DNA of 49,330 nucleotides from Octopus bimaculoides (Eukaryota), in contig NC_068990.1 of the NCBI RefSeq assembly GCF_001194135.2, positions 6,719,150 through 6,768,479 of the forward strand, written 5' to 3'. This document shows, in pieces, positions 11,950 to 25,713 of this stretch. A program made the position numbers and the translations under genes. The number at the start of each line of letters is the position of its first letter. Within the stretch, counting starts at the first letter, position 1. The notes under the pieces were generated by a model. It saw only the letters and a list, made by a program, of their open reading frames with translations, was not told the origin of the DNA and did no database searches.

Positions 11950-13170
11950 AAGAAACCTTCCTTCTATAGATCATATAATTGTAGAAAACACATAAACTCT
12001 TACTAACACACAGACTACACATTCTTATTCCCCTCTGTGATATAAATCTATCAATTCTTGTAGTTATACAAATTCTTCTGACACAAATTTGTTAATCTCT
12101 GTTGCCCACCTTCACTATTTACTTAAATCCCGATCCGAAAGACGTCTATGCATATATAAATTTCCCTCTCCACGTCACTTATTTCTCTCACATGGGTACT
12201 AGCATATTAGCATTGAGATTTTCCAATTCTTGCTCAAGATCTCCTTCATTCATACCTCCAAGTACGTCTGCCTTCACTGCTGCTCTTTAGACAACAACAA
12301 CTTTTCATTTCTGTATCTTCGTGCATTAAGGATATCTACCTCACTTCACCCCTCTTCAGTTATATCGTACACGGTGTCTTCAACACACAAAAGTTTTGTT
12401 GGTTCAGAAACTCACACGATACTAGTGTTCCAGAAGCAGAAACCGATTCTTTCTTAATCCCCATTTCTCTACTACTCACAAACATTCCAAAAACACTTGA
12501 TCTCTTCCCTATCTCTAATCTCAACTGCTACCAACCATTATCCTCTCTATACCTATCGGATAGTCGGACCATTGTTATATCGCATATTTCACATTCCCAT
12601 AGTATAAAACGTTTACCCAACTCTCGCACCTTTTGGGACAGCTGGATCACTGACTAGTCGGAGCTAGTTCTATGCTAATTGTCATTGGCAGTATATATAC
12701 TTTATACGTATCAGAAATAGGAAAGTTGGTGGGTGAAGCCCTTCTCTTTAGAGTGAAGCCCTTCTCTTTAGAGTGAAGCCCTTCTCCGTCCCCATACGAA
12801 ACACAATGAAAATACACAGAGGCAAATCCACTAAGCAGATCCCTCATATCTGTGCTTCTAGAGTTCAATCAAAAAGCACAGCTTACAAACACTTGGAGAA
12901 AAAATATGCTCCTTTACAAGTTAGACAGGTTTTTACTCGGCTCCGTATCTCCTGCGAAACCATCATCCAAAAAGGCAAGTCTTGCCTCGGTGCAATGCAC
13001 TAACCATAAGCTTTCCAGCTTCTCAAATTTCATCCAATTCCTTCTATCGATTTTGTGGAGAAAGCCATAATATTTGCTGCACACTTTGACGTAACTCCAC
13101 GCTGCACACATTAGGTATCTACACCTACCACTAGGCGTCCGACCGCCCATACATGTATTACATGGGATCA
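11950..13170 (-). pseudogene. Degraded CR1/L2-type LINE ORF1 relic (PHD-like N-terminus)
   Basis: Minus strand fragments PCNTC...CRYLMC...VCSKYYGFLHKI...KFEKLESLWLVHC (eroded PHD-like) and later LGGMNEGDLEQELENL / DVFRIG. Many stops and frameshifts. Motif recognition only. Confidence 0.35.
12733..12786. repeat. Tandem repeat, 2.7 x 20 bp (GTGAAGCCCTTCTCTTTAGA)
   Basis: Exact direct repeats. Confidence 0.95.
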
Positions 13171-13315
13171 TACATCCGGATGCTGAAAAAAACCAATAAA
13201 GCCACCCTCCCCAACAATATCTCTTTAATTACACTTAAATTATGTGTTCCAGAGATGGTGTTTATTGTCACCAGACTTGTCAATCCATTGCTCTCTTCCC
13301 CACTCGCTCTCTATC

Positions 13316-13386
<71 letters not shown>

Positions 13387-15194
13387 NNNNNNNNNNNNNN
13401 NNNNNNNNNNNNNNNNNNNNNNNNNNNNNNNNNNNNNNNNNNNNNNNNNNNNNNNNNNNNNNNNNNNNNNNNNNNNNNNNNNNNNNNNNNNNNNNNNNNN
13501 NNNNNNNNNNNNNNNNNNNNNNNNNNNNNNNNNNNNNNNNNNNNNNNNNNNNNNNNNNNNNNNNNNNNNNNNNNNNNNNNNNNNNNNNNNNNNNNNNNNN
13601 NNNNNNNNNNNNNNNNNNNNNNNNNNNNNNNNNNNNNNNNNNNNNNNNNNNNNNNNNNNNNNNNNNNNNNNNNNNNNNNNNNNNNNNNNNNNNNNNNNNN
13701 NNNNNNNNNNNNNNNNNNNNNNNNNTATATATATATATATATATATTGCTTGAGTTGAAAAGGTATCAACCTATTGACAAAAAATAGGCGACAATAACTT
13801 GACGGCGCCGCATTTTGCCTCTTGTCAAGATACTTAAATAGTTCTGGTCTAGTTATCTTAGAAATAAAGTAGTATGATGTATTCATGTAGTTACAAGTGA
13901 TTAAGTAGTTGTCTCTAAACATTAGTAGATTAATCGAATAGTCATTGAATTCCAATTTTGTTGTGCCTGTCTTTTTTATTTTCACAAAGTAATTCTTTGT
14001 AATGCTACACGGTAAAATTACAAATATCAAAATTTTTAATTAACTATTTAACTTATTTACAGCAAGAATAGCGTTATGTACACTGTCAAAACGCCGCATG
14101 GAGAACTGAGCTGGAATTTTTCGAAACACAAAACTTTGATTAATGATCATTTCATGAAAAAGCTGTTCTTTCAAACGTGTACTGCATAAAAGTCTTTGGA
14201 CACACAAAGAGCATTTACAAACCTCCGTTACACATGACCTTGCTTAAATTAATTTCAGTCAGCGGTCACCCCGATAGCTCATTTAGCTAACCTCTCAATA
14301 AATCATGTATTCAGTAGCCTAGCTTTGTGTTTCTTAAATTACATTACATAAAAAAACGAAAAGTGAAATGAATGAGACCAATGAGCGGCACGGAAGGTTG
14401 GACACACCATTAAATTTCGCGACATTTATAAATACCATTATGTATTTTATCAATAAAATACATTATACAAATGGAGTAATAACAAGCTAACTCAACTCCG
14501 GTAAACCAGAGAGCGTCTAGACAGAAATTTCATTTCATTATTATATTTAACACCTTAACATACACAGATTTCCTGATATAGTTTAACTACGTCAGTTCAT
14601 ATAGCAGAGTGAAGCAAAACGTATAAAATGTTATGAGGTCAAACTAAGTTATAATATTTTGAATCCATTTAATACGTACGTTTCAGATAATTTCGCAATA
14701 GATGAAAAAGAGAATTTCATTTCTTGCACATCTTCCTCAGTTAAACATATAAAAGTATTTTGCTATGAGTAAGAGATGGAATTCTTTTTTTTTTCTCATC
14801 TGTTGCTCAATTATTTTAAACGTATTTATTACGTGCACTAACTTTATACGAATCTATGTCGTGTACAAGTTAACTAGTCCTAAATCCCTTCACACGTATA
14901 CTATAACAAGGGTTTGGCATTTGGTGTTTTCTTTTTGTTGTATATGACTCGAGTCGGGAATTCAGGTAACGTGCATCACCTCTAAGCTCAACACGAATTA
15001 AACACGTGCGGGTGCACGCGCGCACACGAACGTACGCACGCATTTATTTAATTGTAAATGTTACAAATACAAGATATAGATAACATGAAATATGTCATGA
15101 GTAATGTTATCCTTTCGACTCACTGTCAATATATTTTCTATTTGTGTAATGATATATATATATATATATATAAGCGTGCAGTATATATATTCAA

Positions 15195-15354
15195 TTTTTT
15201 TCTCTCCTTGTCTCCGTATTCTTTCTGTTGAAGAGCGTAGCTCGTAACGTCAAAGACTTTCCGTATTCCCGAGCGTCATACTAATATATACTTTTGTTAT
15301 TTACACCACCTGTCCTCGTCTGTTGTTATTTTTTGTATATTCTCCCATATATAT
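15195..15354 (+). mobile_element. Short interspersed repeat with degenerate hammerhead motif (Penelope pLTR-like), copy 1
   Basis: Homologous to the reverse complement of 42875-43035. Contains UCUUU-CUGUUGAA-GAGC-GUA-GCUC-GUAAC-GUC-AAAGA at 15220-15256. Confidence 0.6.
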
Positions 15355-17197
15355 NNNNNNNNNNNNNNNNNNNNNNNNNNNNNNNNNNNNNNNNNNNNNN
15401 NNNNNNNNNNNNNNNNNNNNNNNNNNNNNNNNNNNNNNNNNNNNNNNNNNNNNNNNNNNNNNNNNNNNNNNNNNNNNNNNNNNNNNNNNNNNNNNNNNNN
15501 NNNNNNNNNNNNNNNNNNNNNNNNNNNNNNNNNNNNNNNNNNNNNNNNNNNNNNNNNNNNNNNNNNNNNNNNNNNNNNNNNNNNNNNNNNNNNNNNNNNN
15601 NNNNNNNNNNNNNNNNNNNNNNNNNNNNNNNNNNNNNNNNNNNNNNNNNNNNNNNNNNNNNNNNNNNNNNNNNNNNNNNNNNNNNNNNNNNNNNNNNNNN
15701 NNNNNNNNNNNNNNNNNNNNNNNNNNNNNNNNNNNNNNNNNNNNNNNNNNNNNNNNNNNNNNNNNNNNNNNNNNNNNNNNNNNNNNNNNNNNNNNNNNNN
15801 NNNNNNNNNNNNNNNNNNNNNNNNNNNNNNNNNNNNNNNNNNNNNNNNNNNNNNNNNNNNNNNNNNNNNNNNNNNNNNNNNNNNNNNNNNNNNNNNNNNN
15901 NNNNNNNNNNNNNNNNNNNNNNNNNNNNNNNNNNNNNNNNNNNNNNNNNNNNNNNNNNNNNNNNNNNNNNNNNNNNNNNNNNNNNNNNNNNNNNNNNNNN
16001 NNNNNNNNNNNNNNNNNNNNNNNNNNNNNNNNNNNNNNNNNNATATATATATATATATATAAAACTAGTAGCATTAATACCAAATATGTTTCGTTGGGGC
16101 AGATCAGCCATTCAGCAGCAAGCACTTAGAAGCCAAGAATTTTGATGAGTGTTTACCATAATTCAGTAATTTCGATTTATGTTTCTAAACAAATTCATTC
16201 GGAACACAAAAAAAGAAAAGAATTTCTCGTTGAATCTGCGGTAATTATATGGTCTAATGCGTTCTCAAATAAACTTAATACACCATAAAAAGGAGCTGAG
16301 ATTGATTCATGAAAAGATTAAAAACAAAGCAAGGCAAATGTCCATAGAAATATTCAAAGAGTATATTTTCTCTGGATATTTCAAACAATTAATATGTAAA
16401 ATAAAAGACAGTATTTTAAAACTATTTTCTGTAATCACGTATTCATTTTCTATGAGTCAGTTTTCAGACCATACTTTTGGGCTATAAACTCGCCCTTTGA
16501 CCATGCAATTAGTAATGATGGAACATTTGTTGCGATCCGTACAATTTAGGTTTAAAGTAGTAGAATACTATTGACATCAGGAAGTCTTCTAGTCTTAAAC
16601 TGCTTCTACGTAGCTGACCTTTTTCCGAAGGTACAGTTACTTTTCTAATGCGCATCTTTTAAAGATCATGCAAAATTCATTTCTCCATTTCACCGGGGAA
16701 GTGCCACATTATTATATTTAGAAATTACGTTAATGAGCTAATATTTTCATGCATAAATGCATATACGTACGTATGCGCATGGATATGAATATGTGCTAAC
16801 ACACACGCGAGCACATACATACATAATATACGAGCACACATAACGTCAGTGAACAGAAAAAAATGACCTATCTTATTACATAATGAACTTCAAGCTCCAA
16901 GCCGCTGATATCCTGTATGTACCACTCTAGGTATAAATGGCACACACACAAAGGTAGGATATACAATCTCTGCTGCCTGTGGAGATGACAGCCTACGAGA
17001 TCTCATTTGTGACCCAAGCTTATCAAATCAGTCACACAACACATGTGAACTGTTGTCGCTTGAGTGTGCATTCTAGAAAATGATGCGTAATTCACTGATT
17101 GATGCAAACATCTGCCTGTACTACCATGTGCGGTATCCAACGTTAAGAACTAGGACTACTGAATATATTCTTCTGTAGAATGTACACTTACATTTAA

Positions 17198-17425
17198 GGC
17201 GGTGAGCTGGCAGAATCGTTAGCACACCGGACAAAATGCTTAGCGGATTTCGTCCGTCTCCAGCATTTCGTTCGTTCAAATTCCACCGAGGAGGACTTTG
17301 CTTTTCATCCTTTGGGGGTCGATAAAAGGTGTACCAGTTGGGTACTAGAGTCGATGTAATCGGCAATCCCCTCTCCCAAAATTTCAGGTCTTATTCCTAG
17401 ATTAGAAAGGATTATCATTATTATT
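17198..17425 (+). mobile_element. tRNA-derived SINE, near full length
   Basis: A-box-like TGGCAGAATCG, B-box-like GTTCAAATTCC, central CTTTTCATCCTTTGGGGGTCGATAAAAGGTGTACCAG (resembles the Meta-SINE central domain, from memory), (ATT)n tail. Several copies in this window. Confidence 0.85.
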
Positions 17426-17436
17426 AGACGTACTAA

Positions 17437-17605
17437 GGTGGCGAGTTTTGGTAGAATCTTTACCGCGCCGTACAAACTGCTTAGTGGCATTTCTCCCGTC
17501 TTTACGTTCTGGCAGAATTTATGCCGAATTTTTACGCTCTGAGTTCAAGTCTCGCCGAGATAAACTTGCCTGTACATGCTTCAGGATTTGATAAAGTAAA
17601 ACCAC
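17437..17605 (+). mobile_element. Second, partial SINE copy in tandem
   Basis: GGTGGCGAGTTTTGGTAGAATC...CTTAGTGGCATTTC...TCTGAGTTCAAGTCTCGCCGAG, homologous to 17198-17425, with a short internal duplication. Confidence 0.7.
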
Positions 17606-18859
17606 TCTAGTCCTGGGATTGATCTAATTGGTTGACCTTCCCTTCCAAACTCATAACCCTTTATCTAAAACAACTATTATGTGTAGAAGTATTAACAGTG
17701 GTCATAGTGAGAGTAGAAACAGTATTGCTACTACAGGTAGTTTTTATACTACTGCACTAGATTATTGTCAGTTGTGTTACTTTCGGTTCTTAGTACTGTC
17801 CTTGAGTATTATCCTTACGTATGTATACGTACATAAATACATACGTACGTGTGTGTGTGTTTAAGAGCATAGCTAAAGAGAGAAAGAAATTTTATTCAGT
17901 CAGAGTTTTCAAACAATCGACCTATCGTCTGCCAATTTTCTGTGTTAGATTAACACTTAAATATTTTTCTGGACAAGATAATTGTATTACTCTTTCATCC
18001 TAACAGGAGTTTACAGGCAATGGTGTTGCTACACAAATGCCAGCAGATACGGTTCGCTTCAACCATCAAACAAAATCTAGTATCAAGCTAAAAATTCAAC
18101 AATGTTTAAGTTTTTGAGCAAAGTTCCGAATATTAACAGTATTTAACTAATATTTTTCACTGAGTATGAATTTTTTCTACCAACATTAAATTCTTAACAT
18201 GACATGAACTATTTTCTGCTATTTATTCGATTTTTTAATATTTGAATTAGATTTTACTGTTTTTAATGCTGTTTTTTTTTTAATTCTTGGTCTTTGTATT
18301 CGGACATTTTTCAAGATAATTCACTGAGTTGTTATTGCCTCCTGAGAAAGTAAAATTATTGATCTCGCATCAATAATTATACAATAACAGGATATGTTGT
18401 CTTTGATATGGATTATTTGCATTTTACTCCTATCAACTTATCTATATGTATTGGCATTTTCAAGAGAAATACATAATTCTCTTTCTCCTTAGATCTCTTT
18501 GAAATAGTAATTTGATGCGATGACAGCCGTAATAACAAACATTTTAAATGATTAGAATTTCTTTAGTTGAAGAAAATAACAAACATGTAGTGGCAGTTGT
18601 TATCGACTCTCAAAGAAAATAGGAGAAAAATCGAATAAATTTGGAGATTGTCGGTTAAAGTTAATTCAAATACTTAAGGTAAAGTTTGGTCAATGTTTGC
18701 CCATAACGACCAATTACGAACGTATTTCGGTATATCTGTGTAGGCTGCTTAGAGGCAGAATAGCGCACTCAAATCTTCATGAGTGAGACATACTTAGGTC
18801 GTTTATCAGCAGCTATATTGTACTTGGAGATAAATTAGTTACCATGTCATGTACCCTAG

Positions 18860-19041
18860 TGTATTTTTAGCAGCATTTTGTTTGTCTACCATCTGAGTTC
18901 AAATGCCACCGAGGACGAATTTGTCTTTCATCGCTTCGGGATTGATAAAATAAGTACCAGTCGAATACTAGGGTCGATGTAATCGAATTAGCCCTCTCTC
19001 AAAATTGCTGGAATTGTACTAAAATTTAAGACCATTATAAA

Positions 19042-19093
<52 letters not shown>
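18860..19093 (+). mobile_element. SINE, 5'-degraded, with (ATT)n tail
   Basis: TCTGAGTTCAAATGCCACCGAGGACGAATTTGTCTTTCATCGCTTCGGGATTGATAAAATAAGTACCAG...GGGTCGATGTAATCGA, same family as 17198. Confidence 0.8.
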
Positions 19094-19096
<3 letters not shown>

Positions 19097-19269
19097 TAGT
19101 CTTATTTTTATCACGTGCTTTCACTGCGCAGATCTGTGTACCTTGGGTATATGCTATGATTTGTTGTGGTGCTCTTACTTTCACTGTATTGAAAGTGTTT
19201 TGCGTAGGATGTGTGTGGTACCTAGTAGTGCTATTTCATGCATGTTATATATACATGTAAGTCGTGGTG

Positions 19270-19340
<71 letters not shown>
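19270..19340. repeat. (TATC)n microsatellite (others at 19937-19975, 23718-23800, 42714-42785)
   Basis: Direct inspection. Confidence 0.98.
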
Positions 19341-19341
<1 letters not shown>

Positions 19342-19936
19342 GTAAATATGCTACAAATACATCAGTTATTTACGATTGATATTATAATTTCCACAAGATA
19401 TCATTACAACAGAAATGTTATTAATTATTGTTATCGAGTAATAAAACATGCAAATATCATCGTAATATAATGTGAAATTTTTAATATAGGTTTTCTCATA
19501 TTACATAATAACACATAACAGACACTTTAATATGGTTGCTTAAAAATAATGCGAATTAGCAAGATATTGAATGTAGTACCAGGCAGTGTTACAATTTCTG
19601 GCTGAGAGGAAACAATTAGTAGAGAGTAAATTTTGTTTCCAATATTGAATATTGAATCAGCAATTTAACATCCAGTCGGATATCCGCTAAGAGTGTAATT
19701 AAATTTCACAGCAAACTCATGACAAGGTCATCGATACTAATTGTCATCAATGATATTTTATATTTGTTCCAAACTGTTTGCTAATAACTGTGTCTCTCTC
19801 TACCATTAGAAGCCGACTTTAGACAAGATTCTATCTGGAAGGCTAATGGTCTGGGTACTGTATCAGGTTTTATCGTCCCTCGATTAGTCATACCTATACA
19901 AACACATATAAACTCACAAGCACATACAGTATACGC

Positions 19937-19976
<40 letters not shown>

Positions 19977-19993
19977 GTGTGTCTGTCTGTCTA

Positions 19994-20085
<92 letters not shown>

Positions 20086-20339
20086 NNNNNNNNNNNNNNN
20101 NNNNNNNNNNNNNNNNNNNNNNNNNNNNNNNNNNNNNNNNNNNNNNNNNNNNNNNNNNNNNNNNNNNNNNNNNNNNNNNNNNNNNNNNNNNNNNNNNNNN
20201 NNNNNNNNNNNNNNNNNNNNNNNNNNNNNNNNNNNNNNNNNNNNNNNNNNNNNNNNNNNNNNNNNNNNNNNNNNNNNNNNNNNNNNNNNNNNNNNNNNNN
20301 NNNNNNNNNNNNNNNNNNNNATATATATATATATATATA

Positions 20340-20620
20340 AAGTGTAGTATATTGCCACTTAAGTGTGGCTGACCCCTAGGGGTGGATGTTACTGTTGCTT
20401 TTAGCCCCAGGAGGACATCTCCTCCAGCTGGCTTATCGACACACGACTGTGTCCTGTTTGCCAAGGGTAGTTATCCCTCTCACCAACATCTGCAGCACGA
20501 ACGGATCCGGATTTCAGGGTTATTTCCCTTCGTCGGCGTCCGATAGCCGCTGACCTTGGTGAGAGAGACAAAAACCTGGCAATCTTATATCTTCTTTTCA
20601 AGTCTCTTCGCTGCACAGTA
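20340..20620 (-). mobile_element. Probable RTE-type LINE 5'UTR and ORF start, truncated by microsatellite
   Basis: GC-rich structured stretch. The minus strand reads GGDVLLGLKATVTSTPRGQPH into a frameshifted LKVAIY-like endonuclease start. Confidence 0.4.
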
Positions 20621-21474
20621 TCTCAGTTCAAACTTTGTTGTGTCGTCCACTTATCAAAGAACTTATCAAAGAAGTGTGGTTCTGGAGTCTTAGTTTGCTG
20701 AACAACCTGCATATGATGAATATTATTTTAGAGAGTGTGGTTTGAGGAGAGTGAATCCCACTTTGTTGTCCATCAAACCTGTACTGCCCTGGTGCAACAA
20801 GTGTCATGAGTTCAGAAGTTACCATGATTCACGATTTGTATGGGGATAACTATTTCTGGATGAGTTGAAGGGCCGCATCCATCTTAGGTGCGTTGGAAGT
20901 GATCGTAAGTGACGCTCTGGAGGCAATTCTATGATATGCTAATCAAATCATGGGCGGAAAAGCTTAATTTCGTATCACTCGCTGAATTTACCCCTTCAAA
21001 AAGCGTCAAGGTGTTTTCTAGAAGCTGATATCCTTTATTTTCTTCACCAGAAATAAAGGCTGTAGTAGCAAATTGCTTCCAAAAGATAAGTTTCACCAGC
21101 ATTTTAGCAATCATTAAGCAATCATTTTCTTCATACTCTTAGAATAATTCGTTGAAGCCTAAATGGATGGATGAACGGATGGATGGATGGATGTATAATA
21201 TATCCACGAAATTGAGGAGCTCAGTTCTTTAGTATATTATTTCCTCGTGTTAGGGGAATAAAAAGGCTTATGACTTGGTTATGGTGTTTTTTTTACTTAC
21301 ATATAAAAAAGCTATGCTGAGAATATTTTTTACAACCATCCAGGTAAAATTTGCACCTCAGTATTAGCATCACTAAAATGTTAACGTCAACTGTTTAAAT
21401 TAGCTTATTCTCTTATACACTCAACTTAGAATCTATCACAACGGCAGCTAATCGCCTTAAACTGAAAAGTGATG

Positions 21475-21700
21475 ATGATGATGATGACGATGATAATGAT
21501 GATGATGACGATGATAATGATGATGATGATGATGAGAAGAAGACGAAGGGGAAGAAGTTGATGATGATGATGAAGAAGAAGAAGAAGAAGAAGAAGAAGA
21601 AGAAGAAGAAGAAGAAGAAGAAGAAGAAGAAGAAGAAGAAGAAGAAGAAGATGACGACGACGACGATGATGATGATGATGTTGATGATGATAATGATGAA
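21475..21700. repeat. Compound (GAT)n/(GAA)n trinucleotide repeat
   Basis: Direct inspection. Confidence 0.97.
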
Positions 21701-22479
21701 CAGAAAAATGAATTACTAAGATATTGGTAGTCTTGTATCTAATTCAAATTTATGTGCCTCCAAGACTTATTTTTCACTTACACCGAAACATATTTGAATT
21801 ACTTAATCATACTGATTAATTAATTTAAATAGATTTCAATATAATTGGAAAGTAATTTAGCATAGCTAAAATACATAATACTTCTAAATTGTACATTAGA
21901 TCTAGAGCAAATTTTCTTTTAAAAAATGTTTGCATTGTCACTCATTTCCTTATGAAGAACTTTTTTCGCTGAATGTACCTTTAGTATACACTCGACAGAT
22001 TTATATTAGTTAGAATGATCTATATAACAAACAAATTTAAACACTTCCGGAGTGTATCTAACAGACATAAAAAGGACTGTCCCCTCTCAGTACGTGCACC
22101 GGAGGATAGAACGACTGATCCTAGTTATTTAATTAATAAAGTTGCCATTCATTGCAAATAATTAAATTCTTTAATTATTTCGAATCATTCCAAACGAAAA
22201 AGTGGAAGTAATCTTATTGTTCACGATAGAAATGAACATAAAAGAAGCAATAATATTTAAAGTAAGATGAACAAAGAACAATCTGTCGATGTAGGAAAAT
22301 TTGATTGGGATATTCTTCCAATATAGTTAATCAATTTCTCAATTCATTATTATTTTAATCTATCATTTCAATATTCGATCTTTAAATTGTTTTATTCCAT
22401 CTTACATAATATACAATATATTCTTAACTTTATTCTATTCTTCAATAGCTGCCTTTCAATCTGTTACGTCCTCTCTTTC

Positions 22480-22568
<89 letters not shown>

Positions 22569-23202
22569 NNNNNNNNNNNNNNNNNNNNNNNNNNNNNNNN
22601 NNNNNNNNNNNNNNNNNNNNNNNNNNNNNNNNNNNNNNNNNNNNNNNNNNNNNNNNNNNNNNNNNNNNNNNNNNNNNNNNNNNNNNNNNNNNNNNNNNNN
22701 NNNNNNNNNNNNNNNNNNNNNNNNNNNNNNNNNNNNNNNNNNNNNNNNNNNNNNNNNNNNNNNNNNNNNNNNNNNNNNNNNNNNNNNNNNNNNNNNNNNN
22801 NNNNNNNNNNNNNNNNNNNNNNNNNNNNNNNNNNNNNNNNNNNNNNNNNNNNNNNNNNNNNNNNNNNNNNNNNNNNNNNNNNNNNNNNNNNNNNNNNNNN
22901 NNNNNNNNNNNNNNNNNNNNNNNNNNNNNNNNNNNNNNNNNNNNNNNNNNNNNNNNNNNNNNNNNNNNNNNNNNNNNNNNNNNNNNNNNNNNNNNNNNNN
23001 NNNNNNNNNNNNNNNNNNNNNNNNNNNNNNNNNNNNNNNNNNNNNNNNNNNNNNNNNNNNNNNNNNNNNNNNNNNNNNNNNNNNNNNNNNNNNNNNNNNN
23101 NNNNNNNNNNNNNNNNNNNNNNNNNNNNNNNNNNNNNNNNNNNNNNNNNNNNNNNNNNNNNNNNNNNNNNNNNNNNNNNNNNNNNNNNNNNNNNNNNNNN
23201 NN

Positions 23203-23276
<74 letters not shown>

Positions 23277-23718
23277 CACACATGCATGTACATGTTTATA
23301 TGTGTATGTGTATTGTGTATATATTTATGTTTATATATGTACATATGTGTGTGTGTGTACGTATATGATAATAATAACATATTTATATGGGCATCTGTAT
23401 ATATTTATATATCTCTTCGGATATAAGAATTCTGAATCAGGCTTTTCCATCCCATTTTAAGTGCATTTGTCTCAAGTCAATATTATGTATGCTGAATCTT
23501 TCCTCCATTTCATTATTCTAACGAAACGTATTGCCTTCTTCCTATCAATACGGATCCATTAAGTTGGATATTACTTTTTGCTTAACTGGTATTGAATACG
23601 GTAGTTTGTCTCACTATTTTCCCATCTCATTCAGTCTGTTCATCTAACTTGTCTGCCCTATCCTGAGCGCGCACGTGTATATATATACATACATAAATAG
23701 TAAATAATATATAGTTTA

Positions 23719-23799
<81 letters not shown>

Positions 23800-24575
23800 C
23801 TGTATATATATGTATATATATGTATATANNNNNNNNNNNNNNNNNNNNNNNNNNNNNNNNNNNNNNNNNNNNNNNNNNNNNNNNNNNNNNNNNNNNNNNN
23901 NNNNNNNNNNNNNNNNNNNNNNNNNNNNNNNNNNNNNNNNNNNNNNNNNNNNNNNAAACACAGAGAAAGGATCGGCTGTCTATCTACTCCTCATTTTGAG
24001 CATTCAACGACAAAATGAGTCTACAGAGACAGTTGCTCCCATAAATTCTAAAATAAAATTTAAGATTTATGCAGGGTCAAAGTTAGGAACAAAAAGTGAC
24101 AGTAGAAACATACAAGGAAACCGAACGAAAACAAACATGGAGGGTCGTTAGAGCAGAACGTGAGGAAAATAGTGAACTCTGTGAGAAACCTCTTTTCGAA
24201 AAGAGAACAGAAATAAGAGAGAGAAAAAAAACGTCAACTCTTTTGAACATCCGTGCAGGAAAAGAAAGATGGTCATGCGAGGAAAAAAAAGATGGACGAC
24301 GGTCACGTGTGAGGAACGAGAGAAAGAAAAGTGAAAAAGGGAGAGAGAGGAAAGGAGAAAGAGGGAGAGAGAGGGAAAAGGAGAAAAAGAGAGAGAGAGA
24401 TAGAAAACGGTGAAGGAGGGAGGGGAAAAAAGGGAATTAGAGAAGGATGGAGGAAGAAAACAGTATAGAGAAGGGAGTCGCATCAACACAGGTGAAATAA
24501 ACTTGGTTGGAAATGGATGCGTGACGTTCAATTAAATGATAAATAGTAAATAATATGTTGTGTATATATAGTATG

Positions 24576-24611
<36 letters not shown>

Positions 24612-25097
24612 TATATNNNNNNNNNNNNNNNNNNNNNNNNNNNNNNNNNNNNNNNNNNNNNNNNNNNNNNNNNNNNNNNNNNNNNNNNNNNNNNNNNNNN
24701 NNNNNNNNNNNNNNNNNNNNNNNNNNNNNNNNNNNNNNNNNNNNNNNNNNNNNNNNNNNNNNNNNNNNNNNNNNNNNNNNNNNNNNNNNNNNNNNNNNNN
24801 NNNNNNNNNNNNNNNNNNNNNNNNNNNNNNNNNNNNNNNNNNNNNNNNNNNNNNNNNNNNNNNNNNNNNNNNNNNNNNNNNNNNNNNNNNNNNNNNNNNN
24901 NNNNNNNNNNNNNNNNNNNNNNNNNNNNNNNNNNNNNNNNNNNNNNNNNNNNNNNNNNNNNNNNNNNNNNNNNNNNNNNNNNNNNNNNNNNNNNNNNNNN
25001 NNNNNNNNNNNNNNNNNNNNNNNNNNNNNNNNNNNNNNNNNNNNNNNNNNNNNNNNNNNNNNNNNNNNNNNNNNNNNNNNNNNNNNNNATATGTATG

Positions 25098-25149
<52 letters not shown>

Positions 25150-25299
25150 AGCGATAGCACACAACATAGTTATTTTATTTACTTTAGAATTTATACCGCT
25201 GGCACTAAGAAAATCTTTCTGATATGTAAGGGACAAACTGGATATTCGGGTAACAGGCTTCTGAACAGGAAACAACCAAGTATTTGAAAGTCAACACGG

Positions 25300-25713
25300 C
25301 TGTCCTTATTCAGATTATGTGCAGAAAACATTCTGTATGAAAGTGAAACCTGGACTATAAGGAAGGAGCCTTATAGTACGTGTAGAAGTTTTCTTATAAA
25401 GGCTTAAAACATCTTGTAATATGAGCACAAGACGGAAGAGGAGTTTCACATACATTTCATCAACCTTTACTATTGTTGCTTAACGGAGGATAAGCGATTT
25501 TTTGGCCACTGCTACTGTTCTGCACAATTACATCAGTTGGTATATTTTGGAAACGTCATTACCCTAATACAGGACGAACACCACTCATCGAAATTGATCT
25601 CATTAGCAGCGACACACAACATAAATTGGACTTAACAAAGCCAAAGAGGACAGAGATACTTGGCATGGCATTGTGAAACGCTTATTGGTTGTGGATGCTT
25701 GAAATTCACAATG
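25300..25713 (+). mobile_element. RTE-clade LINE 3' fragment, heavily degraded
   Basis: ENILYESETWTIRKE and KRFFGHCY motifs in the expected order. Confidence 0.6.

Noticed and set aside
21475-21700. Poly-Asp/Glu acidic coding stretch
   Set aside because: Compound trinucleotide repeat with no convincing splice sites or start.
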